Source: the human T2T-CHM13v2.0 reference genome, Homo sapiens
NCBI RefSeq assembly: GCF_009914755.1
Contig: NC_060938.1
DNA length: 64,000 nt
Direction: 5' to 3' (one strand)
Shown here one piece after another: positions 25,210 through 39,540 of this stretch. A program made the position numbers and the translations under genes. The notes beneath the pieces were generated by a model. It was not told the origin of the DNA, did not search any database, and was given only the letters and a program-made list of their open reading frames with translations. Numbering within the stretch: the first letter of the stretch is position 1; every line of letters starts with the position of its first letter.

Positions 25210-28018
25210 TTTTATTATTTATTAATTTTTATTTTTTTTATTTCAATGGGTTTTGGGAAACAGGTGGGTTTTGGTTATGTGGATATGTTCTTTAGTGGTG
25301 ATTTCTGAGATTTTGGTGCACCCATCACCAAGCAGTGCACACTGAACTCAATGTGTTCTCTTTTATCAACCACCCACTTCCCACCCTCCCCCCACCCAAA
25401 TCTCCAGATTCCATTATATCATTCTCATGGCTTTGCATCTTCATAACTTAGCTTCCAATTATAAATGAGTACAGTGTTTGGTTTTCCATTTCTGAGTTAT
25501 TTCACTTAGAATAATGGTCTCCAATTCCATTCAGGTTGCGGCAAATGCCATTATTTCCTTTCTTTTTATGGCTGAGTAGTGTTCCACAAGATATATATAC
25601 ACATATATATATACACACATATATAGGTGCATACATATATATACACATATATATACATATATATGTATACATATATAGACATATATATACATGTGTATAT
25701 ATATCGTGGAATATATATATGACACATTTTCTTTATCCACTCATTGGTTGATGGGTACTTAAGCTGGTTCCGTATTTTTGTAATTGCAATTGCAAATTGT
25801 GCTGCTATAAACATGCATGTGCAAGTGTCTTTTTCATATAATAACTTCTTATCCTCTGGGTACTCAGTAGTGGGATTGCTGGATCAAACGTTAGAACTAC
25901 TTTTAGTTCTTTTAGCTGTCTCCATACTGTTTTTCATAGCGGTTGTAGTAACTTACATTCCCAACAACAGTGTAAAAGTGTTCCCTTTTCACCACATCCA
26001 TGCAAACATCTATTATTTTTTGATTTTTAAATTATGGCCACTCTTGCTGAAGAAAGTTGGTATTGTATTATGGTTTTAATTTGCATTTCCCAGATAATTA
26101 GTGATGTTGAGCATTTCTTCATATGTTTGTTGGCCATTTGTATATCTTCTTTTGAGAACTGTCGATTTACGTCCTTATCCCACTTTTTGAGGAGATTATT
26201 TGTATTTTATCTTGCTGATTTGAGTTCCTTTTAGATTTTGGATTTTAGTCCTTTCTCAGATGCATAGTTTGCAAATATTTTCTCCCACTCTGAGGGCTGT
26301 TTACTCTGCTGATTATTTTGCTGTGCAGAATCTTTTTTAGTTTAATTAATTCTTATTTATTTATCATTTTTTTTGGCATTTGCTTTTGGGTTCTTGTTCA
26401 TGAACTCTTTGCATAACCCAGTGTCTAGAAGAGTTTTTTGGATGTTATTTTCTAGAATTTTTAGGTTTGAGGTTTTAGATTTAAGTCTTTGATTTATCTT
26501 GAGTTGATTTTTGTGAAAGATGAGTGATGAGGATCCAGTCTAATTCTTCTACATGTGGCTTGCCAATTCTTCCAGCACTATTCGTTAAATAGGGTGTCCT
26601 TTCCCCAGTTTATGCTTTTGTTTGCTTTGTGGAAGATCCATTGACTGTATTTGGTTTTATTTCTGTGTTCTCTGTTCTGTTCCATTGGTCTACATGCCTA
26701 TTTCAGACCAGTACCATGCTGTTTCGGTAACTGTAGCCCTGTAGTATTGCTGAAAGTCAGGTGGTAATGTGATGTCTCCAGATTGGTCCTCTTTGCTTAG
26801 TCTTGCTTTGGCTACATTGGCCCTTTTATGGTTCCAGATGAATTTTAGGATTTTTTTTTCTAGTTCTGTGAAGAATGATGATGGTATTTTGATGGCAATT
26901 CCATTGAATTTATAGAGAGCTTTTGGCAGTATGGTCATTTTCATAATATTGATTCTAACCATCCATGAGCATGAGATGTGTTTCCATTTCTTTGTGTCAT
27001 CGTGTCATCTATGATTTCTTTCAGCTGTGTTTTATAGATCTTTCACCTCCTTTGTTAGGTATATTTTTCAGTTTTTCCTTTGTCTTTTTTTTTTTTTTGC
27101 AGCTATTGTAAATGGAGTTGACTTCTTGATTTGGTTCTCATTTGGTCGCTGTTGGTGCATAGTAGTGCTACTGATTTGTGTACATTGATTTCGAATGTTT
27201 CAAATCCTGAACAGACAAATAACAAATAGTGAGATTGAAGCAGTAATAAAAAAATTGCCAACAAAAAAGTCCAAAGTTTTCAGAATTTGAAAATTTACTG
27301 AATTCTTTTATAAGATCTAGGAGCTTTCTGAATGAGTCTTTAGGGTTCTCTAGGAATACAATTATATCATTGGTGAACAGCAACAGTTTGACGTCCTCTT
27401 TGCCAATTTGGATGCCCCTTATTTTCTTTCTCTTGTCCGATTGCTCTAGCTAGGACTGCCAGTACTATGTTGAATAGAAGTGCTGAAAATGGGCATCCTT
27501 GTCTTGTTTCAGTTCTCAGGGGGAATGATTTCAACTTTTCCCCCATTGAAGATAATGTTGGCTGTGGGTTTCTCATGGATGGCTTTTATTACCTTAAGTT
27601 ATGTCCCTTCTATGCCGAAGCTGATGAGGGTTTTAATCATAAAAGGATGCTGGATTTCATCAAATGATTTTTGTGTGTCTACTGAGGTGCTCATATGATT
27701 TTTGTCTTTAATTCTGTTTATGTAGTGTATCACATTTATTGACTTGCATTAAACCATCCCTGCATCCTTGTTATGAAACCCACTAGATCATGGTGGATGA
27801 TCTTTTTGATATGCTGCTGGATTCTGTTGGCATTTTGTTGAGGATTTTTAGATTTATGTTCATCAGGGATACTGATCTGTAGTTTTCTTTTTTTTGTTGT
27901 TGTAATGTCCTTTCCTGGTTTTGGTATTAAGGTGATACTGGGTATCATATAATGATTTAGGGAGGATTCCCTCTTTCTCTATTTTTTGGAATAGTTTCCT
28001 TTGGATAGGTATCAATTT
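25210..28018 (-). mobile_element. L1 (L1PB/L1MA-like), 5'-truncated ORF2 plus 3' UTR
   Basis: Minus-strand ORFs match L1 ORF2 ([18 protein letters not shown]; [20 protein letters not shown]; [13 protein letters not shown]); (TA)n at 25590-25720; no obvious TSD. Confidence 0.92.
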
Positions 28019-28019
28019 T

Positions 28020-29570
28020 CAGAATATGAAAGGAGCTTTGGCTCAACTTGAAAGTTATATTTTGGTGATGATGCTGGACATAGGCAGATACTGAGAACCA
28101 GATGACTCTAGAACTCTCTCGCTATGAAGTTACTGTTGAAGAAAATATTGTAGATGCTCCATGTGACTTAGCAGAGGCAGAAATTTCTAACAGCAGGAAA
28201 CAGAGGAAACAGCTTGCTACATTGCTTTTGCTTTTTGACTAAGATTCTGTCAGAATCGAGTGTAACTAAACTCAGAAATCTTTAGGAGTTAACTTTCAGA
28301 GGCTTACATCCAAAATAGACACCTGAAGAAAGAAAGGAATTTAGCTGGAAATAAAGTACAATAGTGCAAGGATCAGTTTGCTGCAGACTTGTATGGCCAA
28401 AGAAGGGCTGAATGGCAAACTCTTGTCACTTCATTAGAAACTTAAGCAGATTACCATAAAAAAACATCAGCAGTCTTAGAAAAGGCCCTCTTTGAAATGA
28501 GATCCAATCAAAACAAGTGAGGGAAAAAACAGTCTTTGGGAATCTTTTGAAAGTAGACTTGAGGTATTACTCTTGAAGCCTGGGCCAGGCTGCTCCTGGA
28601 GACTGGCATGAGGAAGAATAATTCTGAATTGGAGTTGGAGACTCCAAGTTAAAGAAACTGAAAGCTGCTTTAGAATGTTCTGCTTCTCACCTGGATGAGT
28701 TCTATTCAGAATTCTGTGCTTTAGAAGATGCTATGAACTCCTAATTCATAGAAACTACCTGTATTTTGGTTGCATTTAATCATCAGTATGAATAAAGAAC
28801 ACACCTTTTAAGTGTGCAGAATCAAGTCAAAAAAACTTCAAGATATATGGAGAACATATCAGAAGTTGGCACCACACAATTTTGTTAACTTTATGTATTT
28901 CATCAAGTTCCTTGCAAAGCTTGTTCAGATCAGTGGTGTTAATAAGATTACTTCCAGAAACACTGCAATCATTTTAGGCACTAATTTGTTATAAACCAAA
29001 AATGAAACAAAAATCACTCCCTGTAACATTGTATTCATTTTAGGACCTTGCCTCTTATAAACCAAAAATAAAGAAACACAACCATTCACATGGCTGCAGT
29101 GATTGAATTGATTATTCAGTATACTGAGCAGATCTTCTCTAAAGTGGTGAAATTTAATTTGTTAGAAGGATGGGTACTTCTTTATACCCAGAATTTCAAT
29201 TATTCATCCCACACCAGAAATTCTACTGACTCTAGTACCCTGGGGAGAAAGTGATGGGTCAGCATGGTGATAATGGAAATGGACTTGATTACAGAGGGCT
29301 TTGGTGTGAAATATATGGACCTCTAAGCCCATAAGCAGAATGGCGTTGTAAAGGAAGCAAATACCCCCAGCATTCAGTTATCGCTCCTGCCCACAGATGG
29401 TACCACCTTGGCTTTGGCAGGCACAGAGTATCCACTCAGAGCTCTAGGGCTAAAAGCAGGGTGGAGGATTGGCCTATTCTCTCTTTTGTGGACACACTGG
29501 AGCAGAGATTGAGCCTAGGCCGTGGCAGTTCTTCAAAACCCAAAGATCTGTATCTGCTACTCTACCCATG
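28020..29570 (+). pseudogene. ARHGAP17 (RICH1/nadrin)-like processed pseudogene, main body (BAR C-terminal part, RhoGAP, start of Pro-rich region)
   Basis: Intronless collinear match to the recalled ARHGAP17 protein from QNM... through KLKKLKAAL, SHLDEFYS, KKLQDIWRTYQKLAPHNFVNFMYFIKFLAKL, SGTLER and FGVK-MD to KPKD; many stops and frameshifts; the arginine-finger codon in FRI is TGA (28625-28627). Confidence 0.9.
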
Positions 29571-30784
29571 TTTGCCCTTGCTGGGTGAGTACTGAGGAAC
29601 TTTAGACTCTGGAGAGAGATGTAAAATGAATGCTCAAGTCCATACTCATTGAGTAATGCCATGGGATTTAGAAGGCCCTGGATAACTTATTTGGAATTTA
29701 TTAGAGATTGGCTTGTGTTGGGGTCTATGGCAACCAGTAATTGTGAGCTTATATTAAAAATAGACTGCTGGAATGCCTCCAGGGTACAGAGAGCTGGAAA
29801 GGCAGCAGAGGGCTGGCCTAGAGCTTGTCTTGTGTGCTGAGTGAGATAAGGACTTCTTTTGGATGGCTTCAGTGAGATACTAAGTGGATGCTAAGACATT
29901 CCTGGACCACTCCAGCACACAGGATAGCCAAAAGGTGGGTGTCCTGGTTTTGGGAATGCTGAAACAGGTTTTGACCAGCTCAGAGCAAAGTATAGGAGTG
30001 AAAACTGGCAGAATTATGACCTGAGCCAACAGAAAGCTGGTGTGAGCCTTCAGCTTCCTGGGCCTGGTTTTGGCCAATAGTTATCTGACTCTAGTTAGGT
30101 TATACCTGAGCCAGAGTTTTAAGAACTTAGTGATTTGTAGAATCAAGTTCTCTGTGTTCAGATAAGTCTCAGAATATGACTCCTAAATTGTAACAGAGGA
30201 AGTAATATCTGCTAGAGGCACTTAGAGATCCAGGATAAAAAAGAGTAGCTCACAACACAAAGTCAGAATCAAATACTGATATGAGCTTGGTTACATATTT
30301 GAATTTCTATTAATTTCTTGCAGGTGGCAAGTATTTTGTCTATTGCCCTATGAAGGTTGTTGAATTCAAATTTGGAATCACCTATGTTCTAATCAATATG
30401 TTTATAATAATGGTTTATTCTTCTTAAAGAAATAACACTAGCATAGGGTGATTTGTTTAAGGCCATTTATCCAAACAGTTGAAAGTGATAACACTATCTA
30501 GTTGTAATTTTCTGTGGTCTTATTTGTTGAAACCAGATTTGTTCATTTTTTTTTCTCATGGGGATTTGGCAATGGATGGCATATTCAATAGTAGGTAAAA
30601 CTGAGGGCAGTGACTACTCTTTTGGATAATTTAAGAATGATGTTAGAATGTGCATGTTTTTATCTAACAAATACATTTAAAAGGAAAGAAAAAAGAGTCA
30701 GGTCATTATGAGTTGATAACAACCAGGAATCTACAGAAAATGAAAAAAAGAATGAGTGCAAACCACAAAATGAGAAAGAAGGCG

Positions 30785-31677
30785 GGGGGAGGAGCCAAGA
30801 TGGCCCAATAGGAACAGCTCCAGTCTACAGCTCCCAGCGTGAGCGATGCAGAAGATGGTGATTTCTGCATTTCCATCTGAGGTACCGGGTTCATCTCTCT
30901 ACCGAGTGCCAGACAGTGGGCGCAGGTCAGTGGGTGCACGCACCGTGCGCCAGCCAAAGCAGGGCGAGGCATTGCCTCACTTGGGAAGCGCAAGGGGTCA
31001 GGGAGTTCCCTTTCCGAGTCAAAGAAAGGGGTGACAGACTGCACCTGGAAAATCGGGTCACTCCCACCCGAATACTGCGCTTTTCCGACGGGCTTAAAAA
31101 ACGGCACACCACGAGATTATATCCGGCACCTGGCTTGGAGGGTCCTACGCCCAAGGAGTCTCGCTGACTGCTAGCACAGCAATCTGAGATCAAACTGCAA
31201 GGCAGAAGCCAGGCTGGGGGAGGGGCGCCCGCCATTGCCCAGGCTTGATTAGGTAAACAAAGCAGCCTGGAAGCTCCAACTGGGCGGAGCCCACCACAGC
31301 TCAAGGAGGCCTGCCTGCCTCTGTAGGCTCCACCTCTGGGGGCAGGGCACAGACAAACAAAAAGACAGCAGTAACCTCTGCAGACTTAAATGTTCCTGTC
31401 TGACAGCTTTGAAGAGAGCAGTGGTTCTCCCAGCAGAGAGAACGGGGAGACTGCCTCCTTAAGTGGGTCCCTGACCCCTGACCACTGAGCAGCCTAACTG
31501 GGAGGCACCCCCCAGCAGGGGCACACTGACACCTCACACGGCAGGGTATTCCAACAGACCTGCAGCTGAGGGTCCTGTCTGTTAGAAGGAAAACTAACAA
31601 ACAGAAAGGACAACCACACCAAAAACCCATCTGTACATCACCATCATCAAAGACCAAAAGTAGATAAAACCACAAAG
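30785..31677 (+). promoter_or_regulatory. L1 5' UTR internal sense/antisense promoter, YY1 site CAAGATGGCC (30796-30805)
   Basis: CpG-rich L1 5' UTR; reads GGGTATTCCAACAGACC, so it lacks the ~129-bp segment of older L1PA. Confidence 0.85.
30927..31235 (-). CDS. L1 antisense ORF0-like ORF (102 aa)
   Basis: MAGAPPPAWLLPCSLISDCCASSQRDSLGVGPS...IRVGVTRFSRC within ORF 30927-31304 matches the recalled ORF0 peptide. Confidence 0.7.
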   Translation of the reverse strand: MAGAPPPAWLLPCSLISDCCASSQRDSLGVGPSKPGAGYNLVVCRFLSPSEKRSIRVGVTRFSRCSLSPLSLTRKGNSLTPCASQVRQCLALLWLAHGACTH

Positions 31678-32694
31678 ATGGGGAAAAAACAGAACAGAAA
31701 AACTGGAAACTCTAAAAACCAGAGCGCCTCTCCTCCTCCAAAGGAACGCAGCTCCTCACCAGCAATGGAACAAAGCTGGATGGAGAATGACTTTGACGAG
31801 CTGAGAGAAGAAGGCTTCAGACGATCAAATTACTCTGAGCTATGGGAGGACATTCAAAGCAAAGGCAAAGAAGTTGAAAACTTAGAAAAAAATTTAGAAG
31901 AATGTATAACTAGAATAACCAATAAAGAGAAGTGCTTAAAGGAGCTGATGGAGCTGAAAACCAAGGTTCGAGAACTACGTGAAGAATGCAGAAGCCTCAG
32001 GAGCCGATGGGATCAACTGGAAGAAAGGGTATCAGCCATGGAAGATGAAATGAATGAAATGAAACGAGAAGGAAAGTTTAGAGAAAAAAGAATAAAAAGA
32101 AATGAGCAAAGCCTCCAAGAAATATGGGACTATGTGAAAAGACCAAATCTACATCTGATTGGTGTACCTGAAAGTGACGGGGAGAATGGAACCAAGTTGG
32201 AAAACACTCTGCAGGATATTATCCAGGAGAACTTCCCCAATCTAGCAAGGCAGGCCAACGTTCAGATTCAGGAAATACAGAGAACGCCACAAAGATACTC
32301 CTCGAGAAGAGCAACTCCAAGACACATAATTGTCAAATTCACCAAAGTTGAAATGAAGGAAAAAATGTTAAGGGCAGCCAGAGAGAAAGGTCGGGTTACC
32401 CTCAAAGGGAAGCCCATCAGACTAACAGCGGATCTCTTGGCAGAAACCCTACAAGCCAGAAGAGAGTGGGGGCCAATATTCAACATTCTTAAAGACAAGA
32501 ATTTTCAACCCAGAATTTCATATCCACACAAACTAAGCCTCATAAGTGAAGGAGAAATAAAATACTTTACAGACAAGCAAATGCTGAGAGATTGTGTCAC
32601 CACCAGGCCTGCCCTAAAAGAGCTCCTGAAGGAAGCAGTAAACATGGAAAGGAACAACCGGTACCAGCCACTGCAAAATCATGCCAAAATGTAA
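31678..32694 (+). CDS. L1 ORF1p (RNA-binding protein), intact 338 aa
   Basis: MGKKQNRKTGNSK...YQPLQNHAKM, canonical length. Confidence 0.95.
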   Translation: MGKKQNRKTGNSKNQSASPPPKERSSSPAMEQSWMENDFDELREEGFRRSNYSELWEDIQSKGKEVENLEKNLEECITRITNKEKCLKELMELKTKVRELREECRSLRSRWDQLEERVSAMEDEMNEMKREGKFREKRIKRNEQSLQEIWDYVKRPNLHLIGVPESDGENGTKLENTLQDIIQENFPNLARQANVQIQEIQRTPQRYSSRRATPRHIIVKFTKVEMKEKMLRAAREKGRVTLKGKPIRLTADLLAETLQARREWGPIFNILKDKNFQPRISYPHKLSLISEGEIKYFTDKQMLRDCVTTRPALKELLKEAVNMERNNRYQPLQNHAKM

Positions 32695-32730
32695 AGACCA
32701 TCCAGACTAGGAAGAAACTGCACCAACTAA

Positions 32731-36069
<3,339 letters not shown>

Positions 36070-37299
36070 ACAATGAGATCACATGGACACAGGAAGGGGA
36101 ATATCACACTCTGGGGACTGTTGTGGGGTGGGGGGAGGGGGGAGGGATAGCATTGGGAGATATACCTAATGCTAGATGACGAGTTAGTGGGTGCAGTGCA
36201 TCAGCATGGCACATGCATACATATGTAACTAACCTGCACAATGTGCACATGTACCCTAAAACTTAAAGTATAATAAAAAAAAAAAGAAAGAAAGCAGGTA
36301 TTAGATATGAGTCTTGGTTTAACACCATGAATAGACATAGTTCACTATCTGATGTCATCTGCTTGTTGCTAAGGTTTTGAGTCAGGTGTGTTTATTAGCA
36401 TTAATTGTTTTCCTAGGATGTATCAGTGTTCTTACATTAAGTCCTGTATTTGAGGATCCTTTGACTTGTGTTCACTTCTGAATTGTGTCTTTCACTGTGA
36501 AATGTAAACTCAAGGATTGACTCCCTGGAGTTTCACTACTCCACTTATTATTAATAGGGTCTGATAAAGTTGCTTCCAAAGGAATCAAAGTTTTTCTCTG
36601 ATTTCTCTGTCAATGAATGAAATATGCTTATTCAAAGTCATAAGAGGGAAGGCAATCTCAACTTGTTGATGATAGGTTACTATAGTACGTGAGCTCTTTA
36701 CAATATTTCACTGTGTCTGCACAAAGCAGGGCATAGTGTAGTAGAGAGAAAAAAATCTCTAGATGCATAGACATTCCAGTTACCAATTCATAGGAGAATA
36801 ATTAATATGTCTTTGAAGAAATGTGCTGTATGGCCATTGGAGCTAATTGGAGTACTTTTGGCCAAAGAAACTCAAGGATTTATTAAAGTTTAAATAATTT
36901 TTACTTAAGAATGCCATTAGATCTTGTACCCTTCCAGAAGATTGGGGGTGAAGAGACAACTGAAAACAGAAAATCAAGTAGTATTTGAGACTGTTAGAGC
37001 TGTGACTTTTTAGCAAAGGAATGCTTCAATCCACTCTTAAACAGACATGCAATAAGTAAAACATATTCAAAATCCATGGAGAAGGGAAACTGGATAAAAT
37101 AACTTGAAGTTGCCCAAACAGCCCTTGAGGATTTGCTTTCTGGTCTTGTCCCATCTTTACAGATTTTTCATGATTATGTGGTTGACAGGTAACTCACGAA
37201 ACAAAGATAATCTCAGCTCTGTATTTAAAGTCTCTTATCAATGTTGATTTGAAATACTAAACAATTTGTACTATGATGAATACTCAGATGGAGAAATTT

Positions 37300-38640
37300 A
37301 TCAAATATATATTAAAACTCATCTGGTGCCACCAAGAGGCTATCTTGGGAGCATGAGAGATAATCAGTTGAAGGGTAAGATATGAGAATGAGAAACTCCA
37401 GGAGGCCTCAAGCTTAGGGGATGCCAGTCTTTGGGGAAGCCCAGTCTTTTGTTGCTTTTACTTTGAGAACCCCACCAGATCCTTCTAATGAAGATTTAAG
37501 AAAGTTTCCTTCATGGCACTGGCAGAAGAAGGGAAAAAGGAACGATTGTGAAACATCAGTGTGTTCTTATCAGTGGCAAAACTTAACATTCTAAGAGAAG
37601 GAACTTCAATTTCAAGATTTGAAAGAAACAGTATATTCTGATATCATATGTCATCTGGGAAAAGTGAATTCCTCCTTGCCCCAGTCTCTCCAGGCTTCCA
37701 GGAGTAAAGAAACAAAAGAACAACAGGAAAAACACTCTTATTAGGAAACAAGGCTTGGAAGAAATAGATTGGGAATGTTACAGCAAGAGAAAGGAGTAGG
37801 GCCCGAGGAGAAAACAGATAAACCACTGGAGAAAAAACAGAAACACTTGTGAAAGTCACAATCCCAAGACATAAGGCCACTAAACAATTGAGACTGAATC
37901 TAAAGTTTAGGAATGCTCCTACTAACACCTTACCACCATGCCAACGGGGCTGCAGGTTAATTCCAGTGGATTACTGCTGAGAGTTACTAGACAGTCTCTC
38001 TTTAAGGAGCAGTATATAGGAAAGCACCAAAGCTAAGGAAGGAGATAAAGACAAAAGACACTGGAGGAAAAAAGTGAAGGCTTTTATACTTAAAGCAAAC
38101 ATTACATACATGATTTATTAAATGAAACAACCCAAGTACTAGCCAAATTAGAATAAATTCTTACAATTAAGATCTATTTAAATCAGTTCATACAATCTGG
38201 CCAGCTGTCAATAAAAAATTTAAAAGCATGCCAAATGACAAGGAAAAACACTGTCTGAAAAGACAAAATTAGTGTATTTAGATATGAAATAGATATTAAA
38301 ATTGTGAGACAGAGAATTTAGAATAACTATGATTAGAATAAAATAAAGGAGGGGAGGGCTTCAAGAAGGTTGAATAGAGGCACTCATCACTCAACCTCCT
38401 CCACAAAGAAGAACCGGACTAGTGAATAGATAATCACACTTTGAATAGACCACCTAAGAGAATGCTAGAATTCAACAGAAAAGTGACAGGAAACACCTAA
38501 GGCAAGGAAGGAGAGGAAAGCAAAGAAGTCTTCTGATGTAGCGGGGCAAGCAGCAACCCTGCCACCCCCAGTTGCAGGGCCACCGTATATTTACAAGTGT
38601 CCTGAGCAAAGGCTACCCTGCTGGAAGCTGCCACCTGGAG
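37300..38640 (+). mobile_element. Old L1M 5' UTR/ORF1 fragments
   Basis: L1M-like text (AAATTGTGAGACAGAGAATTTAGAATAACTATGATT; CTTCAAGAAGGTTGAATAGAGGCAC...GAATTCAACAGAAAAGTGACAGGAAACACC). Confidence 0.55.
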
Positions 38641-39093
38641 CTAAAATGGATAAATTTGAAGATGGAAGAGGATTGCAGCAAATATCATTAACATTTCACT
38701 AATTCTAACATTTGTTTTTCTCTGCTTCATATATTTTGTGTCCTTATAAACTGTTTTTTTCTTCCTCCTTTGTGTATGATTTTCTCCATAACCGAACTTA
38801 GTTCATACCAAATTTCAGGACACATTATCTGGAGAAGGGTGGGTTCCTAGGTACATAGGAACATAAGATGAAAATGGTCGACTTCACTCTATGGGGCAAA
38901 TTCATTTTTTGGTGGGAGAGGGAAGGGAACTGTTTTTAGAAATGACTCTATCCTCAGAGAACAAATCCCAAAATATGCCTATCACAGAATAGTAAATATA
39001 TTTTTTTGACTGTGTAACATGATGTCTTCCATGATTTGCATTTACATGCACAAACTATTTTCAATCAAATAGACATAATAGATCAAATATGTA

Positions 39094-39140
39094 GTTATCT
39101 ATCATCTATCTATCTACCTATCTATCTATCATCTATGTAT
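39094..39140. repeat. (TATC)n tetranucleotide repeat
   Basis: Seen directly in the sequence. Confidence 0.85.
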
Positions 39141-39174
39141 TTGTGTGTATGTATCTTCCAAAATAACATAAGTT

Positions 39175-39540
39175 GCAGCCATAAAAAAGAATGAGTTCAT
39201 GTGTTTGCAGCGACATGGATGAAGCTGGAAACCATCATCCTCAACAAACTAACACAGGAACAGAAAACCAAACACAGCATGTTCTCTCTTATAAGTGGGA
39301 GTTGAACAATGAGAACACATGGACACAGGGAGGAGAATATCACACACCAGGGCCTGTTGGGGGCTGGGGGGCAAGGAGAGGGAGAGCATTAGGACAAATA
39401 CCTAATCCATGCAGGGCTTAAAACCTAGGTGACGGGTTGACAGGTGCAGCAAACAGCCATGGCATATGTGTACCTATGTAACAAACCTGCACGTTCAGCA
39501 CATGTATCCCAGAACATAAAGTAAAATTTAAAAAAATTAA
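39175..39540 (+). mobile_element. L1PA (PA7-PA10-like) 3' end, 5'-truncated
   Basis: GCAGCCATAAAAAAGAATGAGTTC...CATGTATCCCAGAAC plus A tail. Confidence 0.9.

Noticed and set aside
28812-28994. RhoGAP-like ORF as a functional exon
   Set aside because: Part of an intronless retrocopy with stops (including the arginine finger) and frameshifts on both sides
29570-30110. Continuation of the ARHGAP17 retrocopy
   Set aside because: No recognisable similarity to the Pro-rich C-terminus; probably an unidentified old LTR, left uncalled
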